Origin: Octopus sinensis
Taxonomy: Eukaryota
Assembly: GCF_006345805.1 (NCBI RefSeq)
Contig: NC_043000.1
Coordinates: 71,052,001-71,116,000 of the forward strand
Direction of reading: 5' to 3'
DNA: 64,000 nt
Shown here: in pieces, positions 1-13,999 of the stretch
Numbering within the stretch: the stretch's first letter is position 1
Layout: every line of letters starts with the position of its first letter
The notes under the pieces: generated by a model
What the model was told of the DNA's origin: nothing
The model's database searches: none
What the model saw: the letters and a program-made list of their open reading frames with translations, nothing else
Made by a program: the position numbers and the translations under genes

Positions 1-2039
1 TCAGTTTTGGGTATCAAACTGAGTCTTTTTTTCCATAAGTATGAATGTAAATCAAAAGGAACATTTGTGGTGTCCAGTGAATGTTGTAATTTTGAAGTAA
101 AATAATAAACTTTGAACTCAGTTTAGTAAATAGACTACTCCAAAATGGCACCTTATGATAAATCAAAACTTTGGGTAGCCCCATGAAAATGGATTTAGCT
201 TATTAACTTAGTTTTTCAGGATTCTCTATGTAATGATACAACACTATTCTTCCTTTGGCTTATGTAACTATCCAACTTTATAATCACTGAGATAGGATGC
301 AGGCTTCCAATTTCAACTTGGTTGTACAATGATAGCAGGTACTACTGTTTGGATACAGTGGTGGCATTCAAAATTGTTTCATGCAGCAGAGTAAATACTA
401 CCACAGGTTAAGTTGCACGGGGAGGTATGTCATGTGGCAGAAATGAGAGTACAGAGCCATGCACATATGGGTGTTGTATATAAGAGGATTCACAATCTTT
501 TGAAAATCTCTGGTCTACAGACCCAAGAAACTTTCTCTGTTGTTTAACACAAGAATGTAACTGATCAACATGTCTCTAGGTCATCCCCTCAGTTACGGGC
601 ATGGAAAATGAAACTAGACCATTTACCAAGAATGCATTTTCCTTATCGGCCATATTTCCTAACTCTCACCAAAACCAATGGTTAAGTCTCTCACATATCT
701 TAACCCCTTTTGAGCATTCATGATCTCCAGGATATGATGATTAGATTGAGTAAAGTCAGGTTTAACTAAGTCTGAAGCACTGTGCAATTTATGATTTATT
801 AATAGTTCCATAAGAAGCTCATCAGTAGTAGAGTGGGGTGTAACTTAATAAGGAAATAGAAAAGGATTTACTTGAGTCTCAGTAGTTTCATGACTTTAAA
901 TTGACAATGTTTTGAGAACTGCTTTGAAAGTTTTAGATGACAGATGATAGGGTGCAGTGATTATATATTGTTTGCTATTTAAAGACATAAACTTCTAAAA
1001 TCCATGACTTGTAAAAGCAGAACCACAGAGTGAGCTGCAAAAGAAAGATATAATTCTTCAATGGTTTCTAGAGAAGTTGAAATGCCTAGAGGGAAAGCTT
1101 TTACACCCATCAAAAGTATTTTCCCCAAAATGACACCACATTCTCTATATGTAAGCAGATTTATTGTCAAGAAGGCTAAACTCAGGGATGTAATGGATTA
1201 TTGATAACATATTGGCATTTATTTTAGTCTTTTTGTCCTTATCATTCTTTACAACTGGTAATATCAGAGAAGTTCATTTAGAAATTTACAGGCTAATAAA
1301 TATCTTGTGATAATCTGTCAAGCTCAATTCCTTGTGATGACAATGTGTCAGGGTAAACACTCAAGGAATATGAGTACAAGAGAACTGATACAAAGGACTG
1401 AATAGTGTGAGTGAGTAAATAAGTAAGAGAGTGTAAATGGAAAGTGGCCCATAGACTGAGGTAATGAGAAAAGAAGTGAATGCAGTGAATGGTGAGCAAA
1501 GGTGGGGGTGTGGTCAATTATGTATATCAGTGGGTCAGGGAAGAAATAGGTGGCAACGCAGATGATGTGAAGTATGTGGAGGTGATGTGAGAATAAGAGA
1601 AAATGAATGGAAGTCTTGGTGGGGTGCTATCAGCAAAATGAGAGATGTTCAAGAAAAAAGGGGAGGTGAAAATAAGGAAAATAAGTTGATAAGGGATAAT
1701 ACTGAAAATGCAAGAGACAAACAAAGTGGTTCTAGGGAGGTTGAGTGGTAACACAAAAAGGGGCAGTTCCACACTTATAAATATAGCAAGTGTATGAATA
1801 GTAATGAAGTCAGAAGAGTGATGGAGGGATGGGTGTTAGGAAGATGAGTTTTGGCATGGGGAAATATGTTAGGGACAGATTGGCCACTGGGGCATAGACA
1901 TAAATGATATGATTTTAAGAGCTCATTTTTACTTAGATGGACAGGTCTTCTCAAGCACAGATAATAATTATCCTGGTCCTTCACCATCTCCACTGTGGGC
2001 TCAGTATCAAAAGGTCACTCTTCACCACTTCATTCCAAG

Positions 2040-4480
<2,441 letters not shown>

Positions 4481-4730
4481 TACAAGAACCTGCTCTCTTC
4501 CTCTCCTCTCTCATAGTTTACCAGCTCATCCCCTTCTCTTAGGGTTTGTAGCCTTGTGAGCTGCATGACATCCTCAATAGCATATGGCACAAAATAAAAC
4601 ACCTAGCACACACTGTAAAGTGGTTGGCATTATGAAGGGCATCCAGCTGTAGAAACCATGCCAAAGTAGACATTGGAGTATGAAGGAGTCCTTAAACTTA
4701 TCAGAACCTGTAAACCCATCCAATCCAATT

Positions 4731-7257
4731 GAGTGGCACTGGAAGGGAGAGCCCCCAGCATTAAAAAATAAAGTGGGCTGCTATCAGCATACTCTAAAAG
4801 GAGATGCCAGAAGTGAATTTGAGGGGGAGGTGGAGCGGTGGATTAAGGAGGGCATATTGATCCCTTAGGAAGAAGTAGAGAGCGGAGTCCTGCCGCTGAT
4901 GGCGGTGATACAACCCTCAAAGCATAAGGTCAGGCCAGTGCTTGACTTCCGAGTGCTGAATGACCATGTATCATGTCATACGGGTGGCGAGGCCACAGAT
5001 GTCTGCAGGGACACCTTGCAAGAGTGGAGGTAGGTGACAGGGGCCTCGACAATCATCAATTTGAAGTCGACATACCTGCAGGTGCATGTGGCTGAGAGAC
5101 TGTGGAAGCATCAGCTTGTCAGGTATAAGGGCTGGACATACTGTCTGACCAGGTTGGGGTTAGGGCTGAATTCAGTGCCAAAGATCATGGCAACAATTCT
5201 CAAGGCCATCCTGGGAAAAGTGGACAGGGTAAAAAGGGCCACCAATTCGTATATCGATGACATCCTGGTGGGTGAAATTATAATGCCAGCAACGGAGGTC
5301 ATAGGCTACCTGAAGAATTTGGGACTGATCGCCAAGCCACCAGAGGTGATAGAGGGAAGCACTGCACTGGGCCACAAGCTATGGAGAGACAAGGCTGGTG
5401 CGTTGGTGTTCTGGTGAGGGAATGAGATCTCCGAACTGGGTACCAGCATGAGTAGACGGGAATTGTTCTCTGTGTGTGGGAAGTTGGTGGGACACTACCC
5501 AATTGCAGGTTGGATCCAGACAGCATGTAGCTTCATCAAGAGACGAGCCGAAGGAGTGAAGTGGAATGATAGAGTGGGGGAGAAGACGATCGACATGATG
5601 CAGGAAGTCTTGGTCAGAGTAGGAGCAGAGGACCCAGTGAGGGGCAGTTGGTATGTTCCAAATCAAAGAGCGGGATTGCATGGTATGATGACAGTAGCAT
5701 CGCAATAGAGGTTGTCTTTGAAGTGGGAGACGTCATGGTGGAAGATACAGCCTGGCTCAGGAAGATGGATGACTGCAATCATATCAATGCGTGCAGAGTT
5801 GGATGTCGTATTGAAGGGAGTGAATTTAGCCTTGAAGTGGGGACTGTGCACCATAGAAATTAGGACCAATTCGGCCACTGTACTTGGTTGGGTGACAGTA
5901 GTCATCACCAATGAGCGGAGGGTGCAAACCAAAGGGGCTGCAGAGATGTTGGTAAAGCGTTGATTGGGGATTCTGTGTGAACTAACCGCTGAGTTTGACC
6001 TGAAGCTGGACGTGATCATTGTGCCTTCTGAGAAGACATCCTGATGTAGCGTGCAGAAAGTGGTTAGCTGCTGTGACAGGTGCTAGTCCATCAACCCTGC
6101 TCTGGGCATACATGAGGTGGGAAGTATTCCAGTGGACCACAACTGGAAACGATTGGCAGTGGATATAAACACTGCCGGCAGGGGACATACCTCTCAATGG
6201 TTGACTGTGGAGTGGGGTGGTTGGCCATATGTAGGGAGATGAAGACGGACCCCAATTGTAGGGAAATCATGAGAGTACTAAAGAGATATTCATGGAACAA
6301 GGCCCTGTGGATAAGCTGCTTCTGGATAATGGCACTGCATTTCGCTCGGAGGTGCTGAAAGAAATGCTTGATGGGTGGCAGGTCAACCACTTCTTCAGGG
6401 CTGCATACCGGCCAAGTGAAAATGGGGTGGTGGAATGGCATCAAGACCATAGAGGAGAGGAGCCACATTTCACCAATCGAGGCCATATTTTGGTACAATA
6501 TGTTGCCAAGGTCAGGGCAGGTTGAGGAGTTGGTGCCACACAGGGCAATTTTCATGTACAAGTGTACTGCATCAATGCAACCCAGGAGAGAGGAAGAGCC
6601 AGCCTACGTGCAGGCTGGGGAAGAAGTTTGGGTAAAATCGCCAAATGCATGGTGTACATCATGATGGGGTAAGGGAACAATAACCTCTATCAATTTGAAC
6701 AACAACGTCTCTGTCAATGGTATGCCACACCCTGTTTTGGACATGCAGAAGATTGTCAATGCCTCAGAGGATGGAACCAGCAGCAGTGGGCAAGAAGATG
6801 AAAACAGCAACAGTAGGCAAGGTGATGAAGCCAGAAGCAGCATGCCAGGAACTCAGACCAGTCCTTGGGTCACACGGTGACCACAGAGGAAGCGGAACCC
6901 TCCTCCCTAGTTGGCTGATTATGAAACAAGTTAAGGTGTGAGTTAGGGAGCGAGGAGTGAGTGGGAAAGCTGGTTGAACAATCTGTAGATCGGGGGTGGG
7001 AGGAGGCGTGTGGTGTTTGTGGTGTTATGGGCTGTGATGAGTTGTGTGGAGAGGATTGCAGGGGCCGGCAGAAGTGCCACGGGGGCATGCATGGACAGAA
7101 AGCATGTGGGGCAGTTTGATGAGAGACGGCCACTGTGGAAGGATGTGTTTTTGTTGACAGTGATCACTCATCCCACCTCAGTCAACAGGTAAGGTCTCTG
7201 TATTTCTTTCTTCCTTTTGCTTCTTTTTCTCTTGTCTTTTTCCTCTATCACACAACG
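4731..7257 (+). mobile_element. Decayed, 5'-truncated Ty3/Gypsy LTR retrotransposon (RT-RNaseH-integrase, PPT, 3' LTR), related to the 24.2-28.4 kb element
   Basis: Collinear nucleotide similarity to 25725-28180. Motifs include NSYIDDILV (RT), AELDVVLKG (RNase H) and LLLDNGTAF (IN). It has many stops, a ~190-bp deletion near 6045 removing the HH half of the IN zinc finger, and a purine tract at 6992-7006. Confidence 0.93.
7009..7257 (+). repeat. 3' LTR of the decayed Gypsy copy
   Basis: Follows the PPT, begins TGTGGTGT like the 24222 LTR and ends CACACAAC(G). Contains CAG|GTAAGG followed by a pyrimidine tract. Confidence 0.65.
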
Positions 7258-7589
7258 GTATTTTTTTTACATACTTCACTGAAGTTCAGCTTTAAACATT
7301 TTCTAAATTGCTATAATGCAACAATTTCCAGTGAAGCAATATTTTTTACCTGACAGCAGACTGTCAGAATCTTTTTCAACAAATTTTTAGGGAATTAGTG
7401 TGTGTGTGTGCGCGCGCGTGTGTGTGCATGTGTCTGTGTGCATTCCTGCAGCGAGGTATATGAAGTTTTGCATAGGATACATCTTCAAGGATAATGTCAT
7501 TGGCTATATGACTTTTATGACACTTGCTATAAACACTTATCTACCCTCTACCTACCTACCCACCTACCTACTTACCTACTCTTGGACTT

Positions 7590-7920
7590 CTTCCTCATCA
7601 CCATGGTTTCTACAGAACCAAATCCACTTGATACTTACTCTTCATTCCTCAGAACTTCAATGAAAGCAACGTTGTTGCATTTAACATCAACAAAGTTTTT
7701 GGTTATGTCTGGCACAAGAACTATCAACTCATTTGACCACCTCATGTCTACATCCTTCTCTTATTTCTTGAGCTGGAAGTTTATTGTCAAACAGCATCAC
7801 ATTGATAGTGGATTGACAAAATCATTAGAGCATCATAGAAAATGCCTGATATCTGGTTACAACCTATTTTGTTCTGATTTCATATACCATCAAGGTCAAC
7901 TCGATCAGTGCTTATTTTAT
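7590..7920 (+). pseudogene. Remnant of a non-RTE LINE reverse transcriptase (CR1/L2/Jockey-like)
   Basis: Hand translation HHHGFYRTKST*YLL...VVAFNINKVFGYVWHKN matches the RT pattern QHGFR..RST...AxDISKAFDxVWH. Confidence 0.6.
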
Positions 7921-8568
7921 TGATCATTTGAAGTCAATAAAATAAGTACCATTCTAGTTTGGGGTTAATTCATATTCCTATGAAGCATCCCAGATGTGAC
8001 TGGAATTATAATAGAACACAAGATATTTCAGTATGTGCCAACAAAACTCTTTTCAATTGCCACTCCAACTGCACAAGTGGTCCTAAAAGTTTTGTTATGT
8101 CACATACTTTTCTGTATATTAAAGACTTGCTTACTGTTACTTCTAAGAGTGCATTTTTGTATAGATGTGACTAATCTAACTAATACTTAACTTTCGAACC
8201 TTACCCAGACATGTATTTCTTCCATTAAAAACATTTTTCAATAAGGATATTATAACCTAGAATCTTTTAACAATGATATACAACAGATTTGCATTTTCAA
8301 CTTACATTACAATCATCTAATATATTTGCTCAATTGTTAAAGCAGCAAATTTCTGTTCTATTTTCAAAAGTTTAATCACCCATTTCTTGTTTACCATTTT
8401 TAAATGATGTCTATATCCATGTCATCCCACTTAATATCATACTGACAAGCCTCATATATAAAATGAAAATCAAAAATTTCCTCAACATAGAAATAAAAGC
8501 CAAAAATTCAAATACTTTCCCCCTTGACTTGTTGTTACATGGCAACTGAGGAAGATAAATTTTCTTAG

Positions 8569-8673
8569 ACTGGTCAAAATGAGTTACCAAGATATAGAAC
8601 TATTGATTTTTCTAATAAAAAAGAAAACAAGCAGATATCAATACTGAACGTTTTTAGTTATCGAGGAGTAGAA
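8569..8673 (+). CDS. Candidate internal host exon (105 nt, phase 0-0), TGQNELPRYRTIDFSNKKENKQISILNVFSYRGVE
   Basis: ttttcttAG acceptor, open frame and GAA|GTATGT donor. The peptide is not recognised. Confidence 0.3.
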
Positions 8674-9192
8674 GTATGTATTAAGGATAAAATATATTCT
8701 ATTGATATGGTTACTCCAAAGAAATAAGGGAAAGATAGTGTAACTGCATGAAATGAACTAGAAACTACAACTGTTTGCCAAATTTAGACCAAAGAACAGA
8801 CTGATAATGATTAATATTTTTTGGCAAAATCTATAATGTCTTAATTGATTCATTGAAATGATCAGTTTTAATAACTCAAATATTAACCCAGCCACATATG
8901 TTAATATTTGAAAAATATTATTTTAAACTGATTTTGTTGTCTTATCTCTTTCTTTTCACAACATTTTGTGCATGGTAGTTGTGTGTCATAAAATGAAAGT
9001 AAAGTTTTAAACAAGATAAAAGCAATTACATCATATGAAGAGAGAGTGGGAGAGACAGCATGTGTGAGAGATAATGCGTATACAAAAAGAGAGTGATAAA
9101 GAGTGCGGTAAACATATACAGAGAGAGGAAGATGTAAAAGTGAGAGAGCTTGATGACGATAGATAAAAAGTAGGAAATTTGTTGATCTAAAA

Positions 9193-9369
9193 CAGGGGTC
9201 CCCAAACTTTTTAGACCTCTTTATGGAATCCTTGACCCCTCATTGACCCCCAGGCATGTGCAAGAATATAAGTGAATAATAATAATTAAGTAGATGTGCA
9301 TTTACTGACCCCTTGAATAGTCCCATTGACCTCTCCAGGGGTCAATATCAGCCAATTTGGAAACCCCTG
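9193..9369. mobile_element. hAT-family MITE (177 bp)
   Basis: TIRs CAGGGGTCCCCAAA / TTTGGAAACCCCTG; 8-bp TSD atctaaaa / agctaaaa (7/8 match). Confidence 0.88.
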
Positions 9370-9572
9370 AGCTAAAAGTTGAGTTGTTTCTTGTAGCAAA
9401 TTATACTTTTTGATTATTATTTATAATCAACCTTTTCTTTGGGATGCTGATTTTGAAAACTAAATTCATTTTTCTTGAGGATGCACTGTTTCAAAGTCTT
9501 TCGGGACTAAACACACTTACATAACCACATATAGTTTCATTTATATAGTAGAAGATATATTCATATATTCAA

Positions 9573-9948
9573 GCACAGGCATGGATGTGTGGTAAGAAGC
9601 TTGCTTCCCAACAACATGGTTCTGAGTTCAGTCCTATTGTGAGTCACCTTGAGTAAGTGTCCTCTGCAATGGCCTCAGGCCCTGTGAGTGGTTTTGGTAG
9701 ACTGAAAAAAGCCTGTTGTGTGTATATGCGTGTGTGTGTGTGTTTGCCCCCCCCCCCCATACTGCTTGACAACAAGTGTTGGTGTGTTTACATCCCTACA
9801 ACTTAGCAGTTCAGCAAAAGAGACTGATAGAATAAGTGCCAGGCTTTAAAATACTGGGGTTGATTCCTTCAAGTAAAAATTCTTCAAGGCAGTTCTCAGC
9901 ATGGCTATAGTCTAATGACTGTAACAAATAAATGATAAAAGATAAAAA
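9573..9948 (+). mobile_element. tRNA-derived SINE (family A), decayed
   Basis: tRNA-like head GGCATGGATGTGTGG...GAGTTCAGTCC, core CACCTTGAGTAAGTGTC and internal (TG)n. Homologous to 30620-31008. Confidence 0.8.
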
Positions 9949-10126
9949 TCTGGTAAAAAGGGATCAAATATTCTCAAATTCATTCATCTCCTACATCAAC
10001 ACAATACTTTTTGTGTGTGTGATGCTAATAAGATAAAGAGATAATGAAAATTTCATTGAATGTTTACATCATCAATTATTGTAAAAATTTTCTTTTTAAT
10101 TCATTATTTCTTTAAATATGAATCAT

Positions 10127-10500
10127 AATCATCATCATCATCGTTGTTTGACGTCCACTTTCCATGTTGGCATTGGTTGGAAGGTTTGACTGAGGACTGG
10201 CAAGCCGGAAGACTTCACTAGGCTCCAATCTGATCTGGCAAAATTTCTACCACTGGATGCACTTCCTAATGCCAACCACACTGAGAGTGTAGTCTGTGCT
10301 TTTTACATGCCACCAGCATGAGGGCCAGTCAGGTGGTACTGACATCGACCACGCTTGAATGGTGCTTTTTATGTTGCTCCGGCATGGTAGACAGTCAGAT
10401 GGCACTGGTAACGACCACACTCAGATGGTGCTTTTTACATGCCACCAGCATGGAACCAGTCAGCCGGCACTGGCATCGACCATGCTTGAATGATTTTTAC
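10127..10500 (-). mobile_element. RTE LINE 3' UTR/tail fragment
   Basis: (CAT)n tail and the reverse complement of the conserved GGAAGGGCATCCAGCTGTAGAAA block seen at 49070 and 54795. Confidence 0.85.
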
Positions 10501-11719
10501 ATGCCTTTTTATGTGAATATGGTAGGGAAATTTTGTAATATGTACAGAGGATGAATTAACCTGTCATTTTATGCGCACTTTCCCAAGGGTTAGTCATTAA
10601 AGTCTCAGTCAAATCTAATTTGGAGTTACAGCCGTAATAGATAGGTTGGAATATCTGTAAATTTAAAAACTTCTGAACTTCAAAATGGAAGACAAACAGA
10701 AAATAGAAAGGTTTCTTGCAGTAAAACAAAAGTTCATAGTCCAATTTCTTATTTATCTGATGGAAAACTTGATGTTTCTAATAACACACTCAAGTAAATA
10801 TTTGAATTTATTAAAAATGAAATCACAATATAAAATAAGTTAAAGTGTATATTGATACTGTATAAATATAGTATGGCTGTAATCAATATGATATAAGTCA
10901 ATGATTAGACTATATCTGTTTTGTCAAGATAATATACAGTTCATCTGTTTTTATGAAGAACATGAACACAAAATATATCATCTAATTTGTATCAATTAGA
11001 ATTTAGAATAGGAAGCAATTCCATTAACAAATTATTATGAATAGTCTTAGAATACCATTAAAAGTAGTAGCCAGGTATTAATTAATTTGCCCCTTAATTT
11101 CACAGCTGTAATAAACATTATATTTTAGCTGAATTATATAAGGATCAATGATTATAAAATTAACATAAATTAGTTCATGTAGCAGATAATAGCCAATAAA
11201 ACATTGGAGAGAAATTAAGAAGGATAATGGTTTTGGAAAGAATCTCCCACAATTAAATCTTTTCTGTCAGTTAAATATTTTGATGAATTTATATGCTAAG
11301 TAAATGTCCTTATAGATAAATTTTTCTTTATATATACAAAGTAATACTCACATATGTTGATTAATACTCAGACATGCAAAGTGTTTCTCATATACTCTTA
11401 GACACATTTAGTATTTCTCATATATGCCAAGTAATGCTCACACATGCTAAGTGATAATCATACATGCAAAGAAATCCTAAGGCATGTTAAGATTATTTTG
11501 GGATAATTACTGCATGATTTATCGAATCTTAGAATTCACCAGAGCAAACAGAGTGTTAGTAGAAAAGAGACCACGCTGCAATGATGTAGTTTGATAGGAA
11601 GTTTCTGGTCCATAAATGAGACAGATGTAGACCAAAGGTGATCAAGTAAGCCAGATTTTTGCCTAAGTTCTGAAGGGTAACAGACCACATGTGAGTGACA
11701 CAAGAATTATTTATTTATT

Positions 11720-11897
11720 TGTATGTATGTATGTATGTATGTATGTATGTATGTATGTATGTATGTATGTATGTATGTATGCATGCATGTTTGTATGTAT
11801 GTCCATACGTATGTATGTACATACGTATGTATGTACATACGTATGTATGTACATACGTATGTATGTCCATACGTATGTATGTCCATACGTATGTATG
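11720..11897. repeat. (TATG)n microsatellite grading into an ACATACGTATGTATGT-type higher-order variant
   Basis: Directly visible; it explains the YVCM/HTYI ORFs in the track. Confidence 0.95.
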
Positions 11898-12018
11898 TTT
11901 CATTAAACATTCTGCCTCATTAATGGATCTGTGAACTACTATAAATGCAAACATCATACCAACACTATCCTGCCATCCTCAGTAGTAAAATGTACATATT
12001 ATAACACTGTAACATATT

Positions 12019-12128
12019 ATGTAAGCTGATGAGGTTTTTTTCTACACTGTGAAGTACATTTGATTCCATTATATCATTCCCCATCCACTAGGGAGCAGTG
12101 CAGATGTAAGTCGAAACAGTCATTACGT
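12019..12128 (+). ncRNA. Type I hammerhead ribozyme motif with a long stem II (partly degenerate)
   Basis: CTGATGA 12026-32 and GAAA 12113-16, GTC triplet 12119-21. Stem II 12033-49/12096-112 pairs at 14 of 17 positions, stem I is ATGTAA/TTACGT, and AATAAA follows at 12131. Confidence 0.6.
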
Positions 12129-12264
12129 TAAATAAAGCTTATAGCACACTCTGTCTTCCCCATCAATTATTTAAAATATACATGTGTGTATGTGTGTGTG
12201 TGTGTGTAAGAATCCATAAGTCAGGAAAAAATGCACTTGTCTGTTTGTCAGAGTGGATATATTA

Positions 12265-13105
12265 ATCAATGTGTACAGTATTTTATATCCATTACAGTCA
12301 ATCTTACCGATCAGCTTCACACTAGGGATTCAATGGAGTGTTACATAACAACCACAAGTCCTCCTTCAACATCCTAGAGAGACATAACATCACAGCCCTG
12401 GCCAAGCGCATATGGTTATTGAAAGTCCCCCAGCGTTAGCCCTCCTTCTGCCAACACCTGGAAATCTGGCAAAGAGTTTGACCAGAACATACCCAAATGC
12501 ACTCACAAACACACATGCCCTAACACGGCAGACATCCATCCAATAGACCCTTTTCCCACCCCCAATATAAGCCCTCACACATATTATACCCCTACACATA
12601 CTCAATGCATACATAAATGTTCCAAGAATTTAACCAAAGGTTTTAACTAAAACATAAAAGAAAGAAAACAGACTAATGAACACAGAAGTGAATGTGGTGT
12701 TTACCTGCCCCCTCCAAAATGCTGCACATAGAGTACCACTACACACATTCCATTTGTACAAGAACACCAACCTGAAAAATACACACATTTCCTGTTCACT
12801 CTTTTCCAGAAAACTCTTGTCGCCATGCAACACCTCATGATGGTGTTTTGGTATCAAGCGACATAACTCTTAACTAAACCCTTGATTGGTTCATTTCATT
12901 GTCTTTTTCACAGCAACCGCAAACCAAATGTGTCTGTTCACCTTCAACAATAGAGAGTAGTCACCACATTTCATTCCATAACTGCCATCTCTGAAGAGCA
13001 GAGGGTTACATAATCAGACTGTTACTTAACACTCCATTGAACCCCTACTGTGAAACTGATTGGTAAAGTTGGTCATAATGGATATATAATACTGTACACT
13101 TTGAT
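12265..13105. mobile_element. Non-autonomous DNA transposon with ~85-bp terminal inverted repeats
   Basis: 12265-12349 is the reverse complement of 13021-13105 (14 mismatches in 85 by hand count). Alternative ends are TA|CAGT...ACTG|TA at 12276-13094 (Tc1/mariner-like). No transposase was recognised inside. Confidence 0.75.
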
Positions 13106-13713
13106 GTATCACACATTTATTTATAAGAATAAAATATTATATGTATATATGAAATATATATGTATGTATGTGTATGAATATCTGCGTGTGTGATGTTATC
13201 TTGACATCACGCACTATTTTTAAACAAGTATCACTTTCTTCACCTTCTTCTCTCTCTTTTTTCTCTCTCACTTTTTCTTTCTCTTCTCTTTTTCTCTTCC
13301 CTTTTTTTTCTCGTTTTTCTCTTTCTTCATTCCTCTCTTCCTGTTTTCGATTTGACCTTACTAATACATTCCCTATTTTTAGGTCACTTTAAATAAAAAC
13401 CTTTGACTCTGCAACACTGTATATAAATTCTCTACTGGGAATGACCAAGTTTAAAAATCTGCTGGATCTCACTCATAAGCGAATATTACATTGTGTATAA
13501 ACTCTATATTTGGAAGGACCCATTTTAAACTCTGTTGGACTTTTGGACTTTACTCATAGGATATTGGAATATTGCATATATACCATTATACCTAAAAAAT
13601 GGATTTATTACTTCAATAGCCATACATATCTTGCATCTATTTTCTTTCCTTCACTTCACGCTCTATTTTGTATCACATCTAAACTAACTATGACTTAACC
13701 ATCCTCTCACACC

Positions 13714-13765
13714 GTCTCTGATGAAGGGATATAATTAATAAATATCCTAGAAACAGCTGTAAGAC
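13714..13765 (+). ncRNA. Minimal type I hammerhead ribozyme with palindromic helix III (Penelope pLTR type)
   Basis: GTCT-CTGATGA-a-GGGATAT(loop)ATATCCT-a-GAAA-CAGCTG-TA-AGAC. Stem I GTCT/AGAC, 7-bp stem II, palindrome ACAGCTGT, GUA cleavage triplet 13759-61. Confidence 0.8.
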
Positions 13766-13968
13766 CTTCTATCTATAACTGCTCTAATATCTACATGGCC
13801 TTGTTTTTTTTTATCTTATTATGCAAAAAGATTCTTATATACACACGCTAACATAGAACCAACGTTGAACCCCTTATTCACAAAATTACCAAATCTGGAA
13901 CTTAACTATGGTCTGTCTATAGTATTTATTCAGCATTACCTGACACCTTTGGGTCTCAATGACACCAT

Positions 13969-13999
<31 letters not shown>

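Noticed and set aside
979-1170. Protein-like stretches near 1.0-1.15 kb with a GTAAGC donor
   Set aside because: Each plus-strand frame is broken by stops before the donor or lacks an acceptor.
7959-8174. Cys-rich ORF with three N-glycosylation sequons
   Set aside because: No usable splice boundaries or recognisable domain; likely chance.
10561-10654. Minus-strand exon IFQPIYYGCNSKLDLTETLMTNPWESAHKMT
   Set aside because: The donor is weak (GTTAAT), the peptide is unrecognised, and no phase-compatible neighbour was found (the 11.55-11.67 kb candidate does not join); unsupported.
11691-11957. Multiple 66-80 aa ORFs (YVCM/HTYI repeats); likewise the IYIY ORFs at 19.7-20.0, 21.5-22.0, 42.1-43.0 and 45.3 kb and the VCVC ORFs at 28.6 kb
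   Set aside because: These are translations of microsatellites.
12122-13761. Retrozyme/circRNA unit bounded by the two plus-strand hammerheads
   Set aside because: The two ribozymes are non-homologous and there is no direct terminal repeat; adjacency is more simply two independent PLE remnants.
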